Assembly (NCBI GenBank): GCA_000091205.1
Contig: AP006499.2
Length of the DNA stretch: 64,000 nucleotides
Reading direction: 5' to 3' (one strand)
Origin: Cyanidioschyzon merolae
Taxonomy: Eukaryota
In this document: piece by piece, positions 30,516-42,700 of the stretch
Layout: each line of letters starts with the position of its first letter
Numbering within the stretch: the stretch's first letter is position 1
Position numbers and translations under genes: made by a program
The notes under the pieces: generated by a model
Told to the model about the DNA's origin: nothing
Databases searched by the model: none
Seen by the model: the letters and a program-made list of their open reading frames with translations, nothing else

Positions 30516-31109
30516 TTACGTGCGAGCGGCTGTTGCTCCGTCCGCGAGACGCCGGCCCCGAACCGCACTGCGGAGACTGCGACCGTCCGCTCGTAGAACG
30601 ATACCCGTCTCGGACGCCTTTGGAACAGGTTCCTGCTGTTTTGGCTGCAGCCACAACTCGACGTGACACGGGTTGCTCTTATACGCTGTGATTCTACCGT
30701 GCGCCCTGTATGTTCTTCGCCTTCCCTTCATGGCCTGATTGACTTGAATATGCCGAATTACCAAGGTATCCGTGTCGAGTCCCTTGGCTTTGGCGTTTTC
30801 CTCGGCGTTGCGTAGCAAATCCAGGAGGATCTCGCAGCTCTTCTTAGGCCATCGACCCGAGGCGCCAAGAATGCCCCACTGCTTCACCTGAGCCTTCCGC
30901 CCAACGCCGTAGCGGTAGCGCACAAACGGCACGATCTCCTTCTTCGCGATCACGTTCTGCAGGTAAGTTTTCGCTCGTTCCAAACGCATGCCCTTGATCG
31001 CAGCTGCAGTCTCTCGCGTGTTCTTAAAGTGCACCCGCAGAGATGAACCGCATGCGAGCGCAATATTATCGCGGGACTCTGGTAACCGACTGTACTGGTG
31101 TCTGCCCAT
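30516..31109 (-). CDS. RPL17: 60S ribosomal protein L17 (uL22)
   Basis: [47 protein letters not shown]......VPF.RY..GVGR.AQ.KQWG...[49 protein letters not shown] is near-identical in pattern to metazoan RPL17. The ATG is at 31109, since the upstream ORF-track codons precede the conserved N-terminus. TAA at 30516-30518. Confidence 0.9.
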   Translation of the reverse strand: MGRHQYSRLPESRDNIALACGSSLRVHFKNTRETAAAIKGMRLERAKTYLQNVIAKKEIVPFVRYRYGVGRKAQVKQWGILGASGRWPKKSCEILLDLLRNAEENAKAKGLDTDTLVIRHIQVNQAMKGRRRTYRAHGRITAYKSNPCHVELWLQPKQQEPVPKASETGIVLRADGRSLRSAVRGRRLADGATAART

Positions 31110-31479
31110 GGTGACCAGCAAACGGGCACCGCAACGTCCAGTCCTCAGTTGCAGCCTCCGAAGCAGCTTACTCAAACGTACGCTAAGGTTGTGCCAGGCA
31201 ACGCGCCGCTGCGTCCAAGCCATCGCGCCGGCGTCATCGCCGAAATATGCATATATTCGTACAAAACGCTCTCGTGCCATGAAGCACAAGCGCCACCATA
31301 CCCCTTTCGGGCCGCTCCGTTCATCATGAGAAACAAGTACCTAATATAGGACGTTTCTGTACGCGCAGCTCTACTACGCACCCAGCGTTTGCCCGGCGCT
31401 CTTACGGACAGGTACGCCAGCGCCCGGCACCGATGGTGACGACTCCTATCTCGTACGCTAGAGGCGCTGGAACGCGCTG
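31110..31479. promoter_or_regulatory. Compact divergent intergenic/promoter region between RPL17 (minus) and the Pyridox_oxase_2 gene (plus)
   Basis: Only 370 bp separate two head-to-head start codons. This is inferred from the gene arrangement alone; no specific motif was validated. Confidence 0.35.
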
Positions 31480-32127
31480 ATGCGAGACTCCCCGCACTGG
31501 TGGATTCAGCTTGAAAAGTCTCTGCAGCGGAATAGAGTCCATGCTTTTGCACGCTACTTCCAGGTGGCCACAGTCCGACCAGACGGTCGCCCCGCGAACC
31601 GTACTGTAGTTTACCGTGGTACGGTGGAGCGAGGCAAGGACGCTGCACCCTACGTTACCTTCGTATCAGACCTGCGCTCTGGCAAGCACAAAGACTTGGA
31701 GAAGTGTACGTGGTGTGAGATCTGCTGGTACATGCCCGTTACACGTGAACAGTACCGAATCACTGGCTGTGCAGAAGTCGTCGGTGCTTCTGGCGCAGAC
31801 GCTTTCCTCAGAGAGGCTCGGAAAGAGGTCTGGTGCCGACTGACGCCGCCTCTGCAGGCGCCGTTTCTGGCGCCAACCCCAGGTCTTCCGCTACGAGTCG
31901 CCAGCGCCTCGAAACCAGAGATCAAGCTCGACGATGCAGGTGTCCCTGATTCGTTCGGTCTCGTGCTGGTTTTGGCAACTCGTGTGGATTACTTGCAACT
32001 CGCGAAATCCAATGGACCACCACCACATCGAACTTGTTACTATCGGAATATCGGAGCGCCAGATGTCAAAGATGCGAACGCTGCAACAGAAGTTGAAGTT
32101 TGGGAGATGGAGGCACTGCAGCCGTGA
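31480..32127 (+). CDS. Pyridoxamine 5'-phosphate oxidase-related FMN-binding protein (Pyridox_oxase_2 / split-barrel family)
   Basis: Pattern W...L...........A...QVATVRPDGRPANRTVVYRGTV.........FVSD.RS.K..DL......EICWY......QYRI.G matches the PNPO-like 'Pyridox_oxase_2' small proteins. ATG at 31480, TGA at 32125-32127. Confidence 0.65.
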   Translation: MRDSPHWWIQLEKSLQRNRVHAFARYFQVATVRPDGRPANRTVVYRGTVERGKDAAPYVTFVSDLRSGKHKDLEKCTWCEICWYMPVTREQYRITGCAEVVGASGADAFLREARKEVWCRLTPPLQAPFLAPTPGLPLRVASASKPEIKLDDAGVPDSFGLVLVLATRVDYLQLAKSNGPPPHRTCYYRNIGAPDVKDANAATEVEVWEMEALQP

Positions 32128-33544
32128 AAAATTTGCGAGTTTTCTGCGCAGCGTACCACGCGCGTCTTCGTAGATGCGCTCTCCCACAGAGCCACGCATG
32201 GACACGATGGACCTGCTCTTGAGCTGGCTTGATAAACTGCTATTGCGCCGTCGGGGCGGATGCACACATGAGCCAGGGGGCCAAACACATCGTTCCGAGG
32301 CAGGCTGCGCTGGAGCATCAAGGCTCCGAAATCTCTTACCATTCTCGAGGCTATCGTCTCGAGCGTTGCGAAACGACAGCTCTAGCGCATCCAGCGTCGT
32401 AGGAAGCACGCAAGAGCGGCTCAGTATGGAACCTGGGTCGCTGGATCGGACCTGTAGCTCCACGGGGAGGACCATTTCGGAGCTTGTGGGATAGACGGGT
32501 ATTTGAAGGATGTCAAATTTCTCTTCTTTGGTCGGCGGCAGGACTCGCGTGACCGGGTATTCAGGTCAGATCCGTGCCTGTCGTTCCATGCGAAAGACTG
32601 GCGGGCACGCGGGTCGCTCCAATGACCGACATCGCCTTGTTCTTTCAGCGGTGATTACGCGTGCCTGCGAGCCAGGCGCTGGTCTTGGTTCCAAAGAGCA
32701 ACTTGGCCCACAAGAGCCGGGGATAGGCGGTTGCAGCCATCCAAGAGCATACAATGTAATGAAAACATTTCACCAAATTACCGTACGAGTAGCCTTTAGG
32801 ATGATTGGTTTCGACCAACAGGCAGCTTTCAATGCAATGCAATGCAATGTCAGGCACGCTCACAGGACCTGACCACCGCAGTCAACAGTGCTCTGTTGCC
32901 GGGCGTTTATCTTAGAGCCTTTGCTATCAGAACCTTTGCTGTTATTCCCTGTTCCGATCCTGTTTTTAGTGTATGCCTCGCTTCGGCTTGCGGCGATGCA
33001 CTATAACACGGCTGCACTCGAATGGTCCCCCAGTGGATCAGGCCCATGCGTCGAGCGCGTCGTGAAAGACGGCCACAAACACGAATTCCTGCAACACTTT
33101 CCAGACCAATGCTGTATGCGACATGCCTTCGCAGCACGCTCCTCGTGAGCCAGTCTTATGCCTGGTGACCGTTGCTCCCCGGCGCATACCGACATCTTCT
33201 ACACCAGATGCGGATCATGCTCCAGGCGCTTTTCGAGCGCTCATCCGATCCTCATTCTGCGCAAGTGCGTCAGGCTACCGCAAAATATGCGTATGGAATG
33301 AAAAACATCCATACATTCATGACCAAGCTCTCAGCATACTAAACTAGCGTTCCTCAATCGTCCTGAGGGTTTACGCGGATTCCCGTTCCTTTCTAACTAG
33401 ATATGTGTATTTTTCAGCCAGTCATGTCGAGTGATTGAAGTCGAGAGAGCGCACTCCCAGCTTTCACGATTCTGCATACACGTTACCAAGTTCGGCATAC
33501 ACCGTTCCTCTTGACTGACGACCAGCTCCGACGGTAACAGAGTA

Positions 33545-34078
33545 TCACTGGCTTTTAGGCCGGTTCACCGGCAGATGCGGCTTCTGTAAGTACTGCTGGA
33601 TGCCGCCCTCCATATCCGCTATGACTTTGTATCCCTTTTTGGAGAGCTCCTCAGCTGCCATAGCACTACGTCTCCCAGAAGCGCAGTTCACGATTAGTTT
33701 CCGTTCCAGGTTACCGCCGGTGAGCTTCTCAACCTCACTCAAAAAGTTCGGATTCGGTACCATTTTGTCTCCCTGCTTCAGCATGTACGGAACGAGCACA
33801 GAGTCTGGTGCGTGCACTTCTTGGTATTCCTCTGGAGTGCGAACGTCCAAGTGCAGGTCGCACTCGCCACACTGTTTCCGCCGGTGCGCCTCCTCCGGTG
33901 AGATTCGCTCTACAATCATTGCGAACGAACGAAACCGCTGGAATTGGGGTACAATGCCCCTGCGCAGCAAACCAGTGTATCCCCCGTGCGTCGAGCAAGT
34001 AAAAGCCTTTATCCGAGTGCTCGACTCGTGCGACAACCTTCCCCAACGAGAGACGCTGTAAAGTGTCCCCAAGAACAT
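33545..34078 (-). CDS. Single-domain rhodanese / thiosulfate sulfurtransferase-like protein, with a possible N-terminal targeting extension
   Basis: The rhodanese fold has LDVRTPEEYQEVHAPDSVLVPYM...G.MV.NPNFL.EV and the catalytic loop CASGRRS (CX5R type), then MAAEEL...GYKVIADMEGG. This resembles plant STR16/Sen1-type proteins. ATG at 34078, TGA at 33545-33547. Confidence 0.8.
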   Translation of the reverse strand: MFLGTLYSVSRWGRLSHESSTRIKAFTCSTHGGYTGLLRRGIVPQFQRFRSFAMIVERISPEEAHRRKQCGECDLHLDVRTPEEYQEVHAPDSVLVPYMLKQGDKMVPNPNFLSEVEKLTGGNLERKLIVNCASGRRSAMAAEELSKKGYKVIADMEGGIQQYLQKPHLPVNRPKSQ

Positions 34079-34588
34079 TGTCGCCGTGAATAGTCAGTGT
34101 CCGGAGTGCCAGTCCCCGCGGCAGCGTTTCTGGACCGTCGGCAGCGCAGGGCAACGCCCCTGCAGCAGCAGCGCCTGATGGCCGCAGAGCAGCGCGCTGC
34201 TGCTGCTGCTGCTGCTTCTCTGGGAGCGCTCAGGTACGGCATAGGTTGCAACATCCTCGTGGATCGAAGCCTGCATCTGTATCTATGTCGGGTTTCAGAT
34301 AAAAGGGGAGCGTTGAATGGATCATTCTGCTCCTTCATTCCAAAATTCCGAGCGATTTTGGGTGCACAAAGTCGACAATTGATGTTCGTCAATATGTGGT
34401 TACGGATTCAGACGTAGGTTTGGGGTTATTGGTCGTGCTTGCTGGGTGGATCCGTCGCATCGTTGCCGGTGACATGGGGTTACTTCACGGGAATCCAGAT
34501 GATTCGCGGCGCTGCTGACCAAAATCTCCTCAAATAAACGATATCATTATCGAGTTTATAGGTTGAGGCCTCCGCTCTTCTCCTGTCG

Positions 34589-36160
34589 TTGAACGTGGCA
34601 TGCTTGATGCACACACTCTTCGAGTTTTTGAGCTTTCGTCCCGATGAAGACTATCGACGTCGTCTCTTGGACTGTTGTTCACAAGCTCATGCCGAGACAT
34701 CAGTGATGTCCTCACGTCAAATGATCATCGAGTCCTTCCGAAAGCGAAATCCGCGTCTCTTTGTAACCACCGACAAGGCGATATTCCACAGCAGCGTGAT
34801 ACCTTTCACGGAACATGCTCCTAAAGGCTTCCATTTCTTCTGTTCCCATCGAATAGGATCTCGCAATCGCACTTGATTCATCGTGGCGATCGCATCGCGT
34901 GCAGCGTAGACAAGTCAGAATTTCTCTAAGACTTGTCCAGCATCGATTTGCCTCCCCGTACTGGTTTCCAGGTAACAACATCGCGTTCCGCAAGCCTTTA
35001 TTGGGATGGACAGCTTGCGGTTGCGCGTGCAACGCACAGCCTAGTCGTCGGTGTGATTGCTTCCAAGGAACACGCAGGCTTCGTAGATAGCATCGGGTGC
35101 GGAAGCAGACGAGGGCGTCGTGCATAGTCTTCTGTTCTCGCCAAGGGCATCCACCCAGCGATAAGGTAAGCTCGTTTGCGACAGAGCGCGGCCCTCAGTG
35201 GATGGCAAGGTGTGTTAGACATGCGGGAACTCCAGATCACATCAGGGTCATCGCTGTGAAGCGTGCACCGACGCTGTACACCCTGAGACGATAAAAGCAA
35301 GCGAAGCGCAGATAACGAGTTTCCCCAGTGCGTGCAATGCGTCGACAACGAAAGGGACCCGAAATCCGCCATCAATATTCTTCGACTGCTGACAGCGATG
35401 CCACAGGCGCGATAAAGACCGGCGTATTCGGCACCAGGAATAAGAGGTGGCTGAAGAACGCAGTCACAGAGAAATCCCGCAAAGACTGCTCTTATCGTGG
35501 AGCCAATCCTGAGCGAAGGCAGAGACCTGCATGCATCGCCCGCGTTCTTTCGCGGACTCAGAGAACTGACCCGCCACTATCAGGTTGCGATGGTTTGCGA
35601 CGAGGTTCAAACTGGCGTCGGCGCTACTGGTCGTTTTTGGGCACACGAACACTGGTCCGAGGGACTCGAGAAAACGGGACAAGGCGTTGGCACCGGCGCT
35701 GCGGAGCTCGCCCCAGACATGGTGACCTTTGCGAAAAAGATGCAGGCGAGCGGTTTCTTTTTCAAACCAGAGTTTCTGCCACCGCAAGCGTTTCGCATCT
35801 ATTCAACTTGGAGTGGCGACCCGTTGCGTGCGCTGCAGGCAAGCGTCATCATTGACACCATTGTCGCTGATCACTTGGTTGAGCGCGTCCACAGTGTCGG
35901 GGACTACCTCATCCATGCGCTTGCGGACTTGAATCACCCACTTGTGGAGCGCATTCGTGGACGAGGAACATTCATTGCATTCGATTTACCGAGTCCAGCA
36001 CAAAGAGATCATTTGCGTGGCGAAATGCGAAATCAGGGTGTTCTTGTAGGCAGCTCGGGGGGGCAAAACCGTACGCTTACGCCCCGCACTCATCTTCGAC
36101 AAGCATCACGCGGATATACTCCTGGATATTCTGGCACGCGTTCTCAGGCACATGCCCTGA
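34589..36160 (+). pseudogene. 4-aminobutyrate aminotransferase (GABA-T, class-III PLP aminotransferase) locus, disrupted. The 3' half is intact except for one homopolymer frameshift; the 5' half is collinear but split across at least three frames with stops.
   Basis: 3' segment (35464-36057, frame 1): KTALIVEPILSEG..HYQVAMVCDEVQTGVGATGRFWAHEHW..PDMVTFAKKMQASGFFFKPEF..IYSTWSGDPLRA..RIRGRGTFIAFD, strongly GABA-T-like. At the G7 run 36057-36063 the frame switches. The next frame reads GKTVRLRPALIFDKHHADILLDILARVL* (compare human [29 protein letters not shown]) and stops at 36158-36160. Upstream, homologous pieces occur in different frames: GFHFFC (ends 34846), NNIAFRKPLLG (34965-35006), SLVVGVIASKEHAGFVDSIGCGS (35035-35106), ..CIVFCSR.. 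and HAGTPDHIRVIA (35220-35255). The spacing from HFFC to IVEPI (662 nt) matches the intronless protein distance, so the frame changes are not introns. Confidence 0.6.
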
Positions 36161-38544
36161 ACTGGCAAGGCAGCTGTGTTGCCTTCACGTCTGCTTCGTA
36201 ACCGGGACCCGGGTCAAGGCAACATCGTTCTCTGGGGCGCGTACCTGCTGCCGTCGACGAGTCACCGTACACGTGCTACCTGCAATGAAAGCTTCATGCG
36301 AGGATACTCTATCTATACACATGTGATCGATATTCTTTGGTGCAGATGCCGGACGCTTATCAGAGGAGCGGCCCAGGCGTGCCGATTGCGGAGCTTTTGC
36401 TCGAAAGCTACCAATTCGAAGTCTCTGGACGCGTCTTCGCAGTTGACGAACGAGACGACGTGGGTGCTTGCTGGGCAGTGTTTCCCATCGGGTCTGTACC
36501 GCTTGGCGCCGCTCCTGCATATCCCGCGGAAGCGGCTGTGCTCACGCCAAGAGATTACCCGTACGTCTGGGCAGCAGTTCGATACCCGCTGTCGATGATC
36601 TGGTTGGAGCGTAGAATCGCCAAGCGCGGTTTCCTTGTGACGCAGCGATGACGCATCGTACTGGCGCTCCCAGTGACAGAGGCTTGCGGAACGCACACGC
36701 TCGGAGCTAGGCAGGTGACAACGCCGTCCCGTTGCGAGCGGCAATATAGGTGCCAACCTAAAGCAGCGGATGCCAGCGTGCGACAGAGAGAGGCCCGTTT
36801 GCCCGTGTTTTCTACTTGAAGATTCTCTGGTTACAGGCATGGTACGTAGGAACGATGATCCGAACTCGGCACCGTCAGATGCGCCGCTGCCGCTAATAAC
36901 TCGGGAAGAAACCTTCGTTTCTTGCTGCGTGCTTCAGGGTTCTTGCAGCGCCTCTCCCGAGTTCCGCACGGGTACTCAGATTTGACGAGCGAACGACCCT
37001 CGAGCTGCAGCGTCTACCGCAGACATTGTATAGAGTCATGGCCCCATTGATGTGTTTCTGGAGAGGCTTGCTCGGGGCCATCCGCAAAAACTGGCGTTGC
37101 ACCAAACCCATGTCAGAGTAATATGACACCGCTTCAGTCAGCTGACTCTAGCGAACACATTCAAGTTTAGATCGCGTTTTGCGATCATCGATGCCAGAAC
37201 TTGGCCGTTTTTCCTTCGACTGCTTCTTTTAGTACGTCGTATCCCCGGCTTGAAATGCGCTGGTATCTCGTTGCGGTCCAGTTCCGTTTATCAACAGTGA
37301 GAGGATACTGATGCCAGCGCTTTAGTACATATTTCGTCGGTTCCGACAATTGTTGACCCCTTGCATGCACAGGCGAACGTTGTGATCGTTTCCGAGTTTC
37401 ATCTGCTTTGTATATAGCCTCGGCGCTTGCATATTAGCGGTGCCACGTTCGTGGGGGAGGGGTCAGGTATTGGCCTACGTCCGCAAGGGTGCCGCCTCTT
37501 TCTCCAAGCACTGGCCCTAGGTGCGTGAAAGCTTGGTTCACCGAACGGCGCATGCCCGTGAAAAGCACTGACGGGTACCCTGAATATCCATATTTGTTTC
37601 CGCTCTCTGTGCCGTATCCTAGGACCATGGACTCCTACTGCTCGGCGATTTCCTCGACAAGAACGGTGTCCGCTGCATGTGCAAGCACACACTGTTACAG
37701 TCGGCGGAGCGTTTATGGAACGCAATGCTTTCCATGATGAAATGAATGTCGGAAGAAAAACCGGGACCGTCGATCAACTCGAGAAATTCGATCCTCCTGC
37801 GCTAACTTCGTGCAAACCGGCGAATTACTCCCTATTTGAAGTGATCGCTGCGGTGACTCAGTTCCGAGTCCAGGAACCTTATCTATTCGAATAGAGGAGG
37901 TGGGAGCGTCTGCGAGCAAATGCGACAAGTAGTATCATGCCGCTGTCGAATCCAGTTCCGTCGATAGCCATAAAGCGAGGCGGATGCATTTTTTGAACGG
38001 AGTCGATTATTGATCGTGACAAGCAGAGTGATGTTTTAGGCACGAGCTTGTACACAAACCACCAAGGGATGATGTCGCGTTGTTTTCCTCGTCGATAGAG
38101 CGGTACGCATTGATGCGTCCACGGGTTGGCGTGCATCAGAAAGGTCGCAAACCCGAAACACGCGTGCATTGAGTATGCCACATGTAAGGAAAGGACGGGA
38201 ACGAAGCCTGCAGATATGGATTTGATATTGGTATCCGTTATTTAACAAACCCCTTGGTGGACGGTGTCGCGAACCCTCCTGTTGACGATGATGAAACGAG
38301 CGGCTTCTGTCGAGCGTTGCATGCGCTACGCGGAATACGTGTTCGAGAACCCAAAACTGCTTTTATCCATAAGCCCTTATTGCTGCATATCGATTGTCGA
38401 GGCTGTACATGATAAACATTTTTCGGAAAAAACAATGACTAAAAGAGAGCGAGCAGCACAGCGTTCCATATGTATCGAGGACGGCAGCAGAGTCGCCATT
38501 CCGAGATAGGCGCCTCGGTGCTGAGGTCAATATCAAGGACGTGA

Positions 38545-39714
38545 ATGTCGACATTGTTCATAAATATACACTACGGAACATATATCTACCAGGTTCCACA
38601 AACAGGATTATGCGGAAACAGATCGCCTCGTCGCGTTCTGAACTGGCGACAAGTTTGTACACCGCGAAAGCCTCAGCGGCTTTCAGGTCGTTATGGATTC
38701 GCTTGTGCGCTAAAGAGCCCGCGCTCAAGTTCAGCGTCGCGTGGTTGTGGTCTCATTTTCTGGCCTGTGCACTGGGAGTCTTGGAATGGCGCCTGCACCC
38801 CTTCATCTTCATCGTCCACGACTTGCTTCATGATTGTACGGCCTACGTCGAAGGCAGTCCCGCAGCGGCAGTTTGTGTCTGCGCTTGTAGAGCAGGTCCA
38901 GGCACTGGCTGCGGTTCAGCCTGCACATCGGCGTTTACGAGACGATCGTGGTAACCGATTTTATCTCTTTGAAGGACCGGAAGCGCGACCGCTGCCCTCC
39001 GTGACATCAGTGCTATCCACGATTGCGAAGCCGGCGCTCACCACCTGGAGCCGAAACACGGCGCTCGAGGCTATGCGCGACGCGCTTCTTCGCAAGGCCG
39101 GGAAGAGCATCACCAACGAGATTCTGGAACAGGCTCTGCAAGAAGCGAAGCAGCAGCCACGAGCACTGGCGGGGCGGGCAGCGCAGCTCGGCATTCGCGG
39201 ACACGAGGCCTTCGGTCGCGTATTGAGCGGTCTAGGAGCGAGCAAGCCTGTAACTGCAGAGCTTGATCAGACAGTAAGCAACTTTGAGCGCTGGTGGAAA
39301 CATTCTGGGTATGTGCTAGCGTGCTCAGAACTGGTCGTGCGGAGTGAACGCTATGGATACGCTGGCCAGTGTGATGCGATTGCAGTGCGGCTGAACGAAG
39401 CCGTCCGAACAGCGGACGAGTCATCATCGCGACCGAGCGCAAGTCTCGCGGTCTTCGATTGGAAAACAACCTCAGCCATTTATTCAGAGTATGCGCTCCA
39501 GGCGGCTGCGTATGCAAAGGCGTTGGAGGAAATGAGCCACGGTACGTTACATGTACACGAAGCGTGGGTCGTTCGCTTCGGGAGAATGGACTCTGAGCCG
39601 TGTTTCGAAGCACGCCAAGTTCGTGATATAAGCGCTGCGTTCCTTTGCTTCCGCGCTGCGCTCATCCTTTTCAACGAGCTTGGCGAGACACTATACAATG
39701 ATAAAGGTGGCTGA
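38545..39714 (+). CDS. PD-(D/E)xK nuclease of the MGME1/Cas4/RecB-nuclease-domain type (candidate mitochondrial genome maintenance exonuclease homologue)
   Basis: Ordered nuclease motifs are LPSVTSVLS (motif I), GIRGHEAF, YAGQCDAIAV (catalytic D), LAVFDWKTTS (D/ExK) and QAAAYAKAL (QxxxY), the PDDEXK_1 signature. The basic N-terminus is compatible with organellar targeting. ATG at 38545, TGA at 39712-39714. Confidence 0.7.
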   Translation: MSTLFINIHYGTYIYQVPQTGLCGNRSPRRVLNWRQVCTPRKPQRLSGRYGFACALKSPRSSSASRGCGLIFWPVHWESWNGACTPSSSSSTTCFMIVRPTSKAVPQRQFVSALVEQVQALAAVQPAHRRLRDDRGNRFYLFEGPEARPLPSVTSVLSTIAKPALTTWSRNTALEAMRDALLRKAGKSITNEILEQALQEAKQQPRALAGRAAQLGIRGHEAFGRVLSGLGASKPVTAELDQTVSNFERWWKHSGYVLACSELVVRSERYGYAGQCDAIAVRLNEAVRTADESSSRPSASLAVFDWKTTSAIYSEYALQAAAYAKALEEMSHGTLHVHEAWVVRFGRMDSEPCFEARQVRDISAAFLCFRAALILFNELGETLYNDKGG

Positions 39715-42700
39715 CCTTTGTTGGTGCATCCCTTGGTGCGCTTTCGTAGGGTGCGAGGCGGCGACGCGGTTCTTTTTGGAGCTTGTTCTGATTGTTCACA
39801 ACGCGAGCCAAGTTCGAGCGTTTTTGTTTACGTCTCTATCGAGCTTTGGCAGCGCGATTGCGGTTCAGAGGACCGTAGTATATATAGAGATATTCGTTGG
39901 ACGCTCGTTGTTCATGCATGAAGTGCGCACACGGCTCTTTCCAGTCTAAGCAGGTGACGCTGCTTGCAGGGTTCGGGTAGCCTCCCGTCGCGCCGGCGAT
40001 CGTTCGATGCACCCAATGTGCGTTCCTTCCGATTTGGAAGAAATCATGCTGGTTGATGATTTTTTTTGCAGACGATCCAGCTCTACGCGGCGATAGACTC
40101 GGCTGATCACGTCACTAAATACAATCCACTGGATATGCTGCATTCCTGCTGATTAGGGCTGTCGCTTCCTTGCAATGCTTCTATGATTATTCTAAAGTTG
40201 CGCATCGTTGAATTCTCCGTGATGCAACGATCCAGAGACAGAGCTCAATATCCATACACACGTCTCGAATGGAGCCGCGGGGTCTGAGAAAGCCATCCGC
40301 TGGTGCTGCACAGAATCCCGGCCTCGAGGGAGGCCTCTTCATGGAGCGCAACCAGGATGGCTTATTAGATTCTCGCGGTAGACAGCTCTTCATCCTGTGA
40401 GATATTTCGCTACAGGTTGATAAGCCGTTTTTCGTCAACCCAATCTACTGCTCATGCACTTTGCGCACTTCCATGAGCGCCCAGAATGCACGTTGCCCCT
40501 GCTACAAGGGCGACCTTCTGAAAGTCAGCCAGCGCACCTGTCATCAACACCACACATCTCAATCGATCCATCGGTATACTTTCCAGTAGTATCGCATGGA
40601 AGAACCTTAGCGCTAGAGCGTAAGCACTTCGCGGTCCTCACGTGTCAATGCTGGTTCGTGGGCGCCGCATCGCTCTTTGTATAAAACAGAAGAGCAAAGA
40701 AATGTGCCACACTGGTGTGCTTTTTTGGAATCCCTCGTACAAGACACATGCCTCGCTTTTTAAGGCTGGGCTTGCCCTCTATTCGGAGCAGGCAGGACGT
40801 TGCCTCATGGGATGCAGACGGCATCCAGTGCCCATGAGTAAAAAGAACAGCATCGAAGCACTTACCAGCAGCCATAGAACAATTTCTTTCCCCTCTCCTG
40901 GAGGCATTGAAAAGGGTGAAAGGATCCCGTATTTTCAAAAGTTTACCTCATGGGCGGAGGGGGCCCGCGAGCTGGACGAGTCTGCCGGGCTCGTGCTTCA
41001 TGCTCGCCCCGGTGGCGGGTGCCTTGACGAGACCCGAGCAACTAGCCCGCAACGCAGCTCACTCCGGGACTGGCGGTGGTTAGGCTGTGTCTGAGCGTCA
41101 ACTTGGTCGCGGTAATCTCCTCGTATATCGCTTTTCGCTGCCGCAGGCAGTAGGTCTGTGTGCGCAGCGTGCAGGTTCCCAGAATGATGATGAAACCCGA
41201 TTCTGTGACTAGTGAACCGCACCTCGAGTCCACGCCCTCAATGATATGGTAAAGACGTTCTCTCTCCGTGCTAGGACTGTATTGACGCTATATGCTCTAT
41301 CGAGGAGGATCAGGGCAGGTACTCGGCGCACGATAGGACGTACGATAAGACCTGCACATCCGAGTGGAAGTATAAGTAATGGAACTTTAAAGTTCAGTGT
41401 AGCAGATTGGAAGCGTTCCCGAATGTCAGTATCCATCCCGCTGTAGGGAATCCATGGTAAACGTAAACGATTTTTTTGACAAAAATATCTGATGCCCTCA
41501 CAGGCATTCGATTGCTGTCTGTAGCCGATAATCGCCGGCCTAGTGCGCAGCACCTGCATCCCAGCGCGATGAGCGGCGCTCGTAGGGCCGGCATCCTCAC
41601 TGGTTTAGCAAAGCAGTGCGTGTGTTTCCGTGGTGCGTCAGCAAAAGAGCAGCAGGCGCCTATGCGGGCGTATATGGCATATTTGGCGCCTCGGTGAAGC
41701 CTGTGAGCGAACCAGTCTCTCAAAAGCCAATTCTGGGATGTTCGTGGTGGTGGCGGCCAGTGTACCTTTCAGCTGTGGAGCGGAATGATGGACGCTCTCC
41801 GGCACGCCGATAGCTATCGCGCAACCGAGGCTGCCTGGCCTCTGTAAACGTTCCGCCTATGAAAAACCTTCGCTGCAATACGTTCCTTCAGGCAGGCATT
41901 GCTGACGAGCGCTATTCTGAGAGGTCAGCTCGCGCCCTGTAAAATTCAAGCGAGTACGATATGCGCTACTTGATGGATCCGATATCGGGAATCGCACCAC
42001 TAGGCTGTGATTTAGCAGTGGCGCATACTCGCTTTTCGAGCAATTTGCTGCCGTGTTTCTCATTGCCAGCGCACTTTCAACTCCTATTCGAGTGAATTTC
42101 TAGCGAAGCGACGGCTACACGTTGCATGCATGGATACAGATGATTGCTTGACACGAATTCTGCCCTCGGCCGTGTGCAAACGCTGTTACCATGGAGAATT
42201 TCCTACAAGTGTCCATGAATACCACTGCTTCCGCATACGCTCTCGGTAGGCTTTGAAGAGATATTTTTTTCACAGAGGCTTCCAAAAGAGCATTCTTCGT
42301 AATTCCTCATAAAACAACGACACCATCGGTGCGATAGTTCACGCTTCCGCGGAAATCCCATGCCAAATTCCAACTTCTGTGCCGCATGATGAAGGCCGCG
42401 CCGGTGGCCATCGCTGCGGCAGTGTGGAGCGGCCCAGTTCCGGCGAGCACGAGGGAACCACAAAGCCGCTCCGCCGACGAGCGGAGGCCAAGCAACGACT
42501 GCAGCGGTTGTGGCGGCATATCCGGCTTTCTAGCCAGCGCCGACGTGAAGCCCTGTCATCCAGTGAAACCGGCTCGCCGCATCCTGGTTACGCCTCCGCG
42601 CCACTGGAAGACAAGTCCCGGGTGAGTGATGCCTTGAGGTGCACGGAGCGATTTCGGGCTTGTTCAACACGGTTGCTAAAAGGAGTCAGGCATCTGGGGC

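Noticed and set aside
35328-35855. 175-aa ORF (MRAMRRQRKGPEIRHQ...) overlapping the GABA-T segment in another frame
   Set aside because: It is Arg-rich and low-complexity, and it overlaps the strongly conserved GABA-T frame. I judged it a frame artefact.
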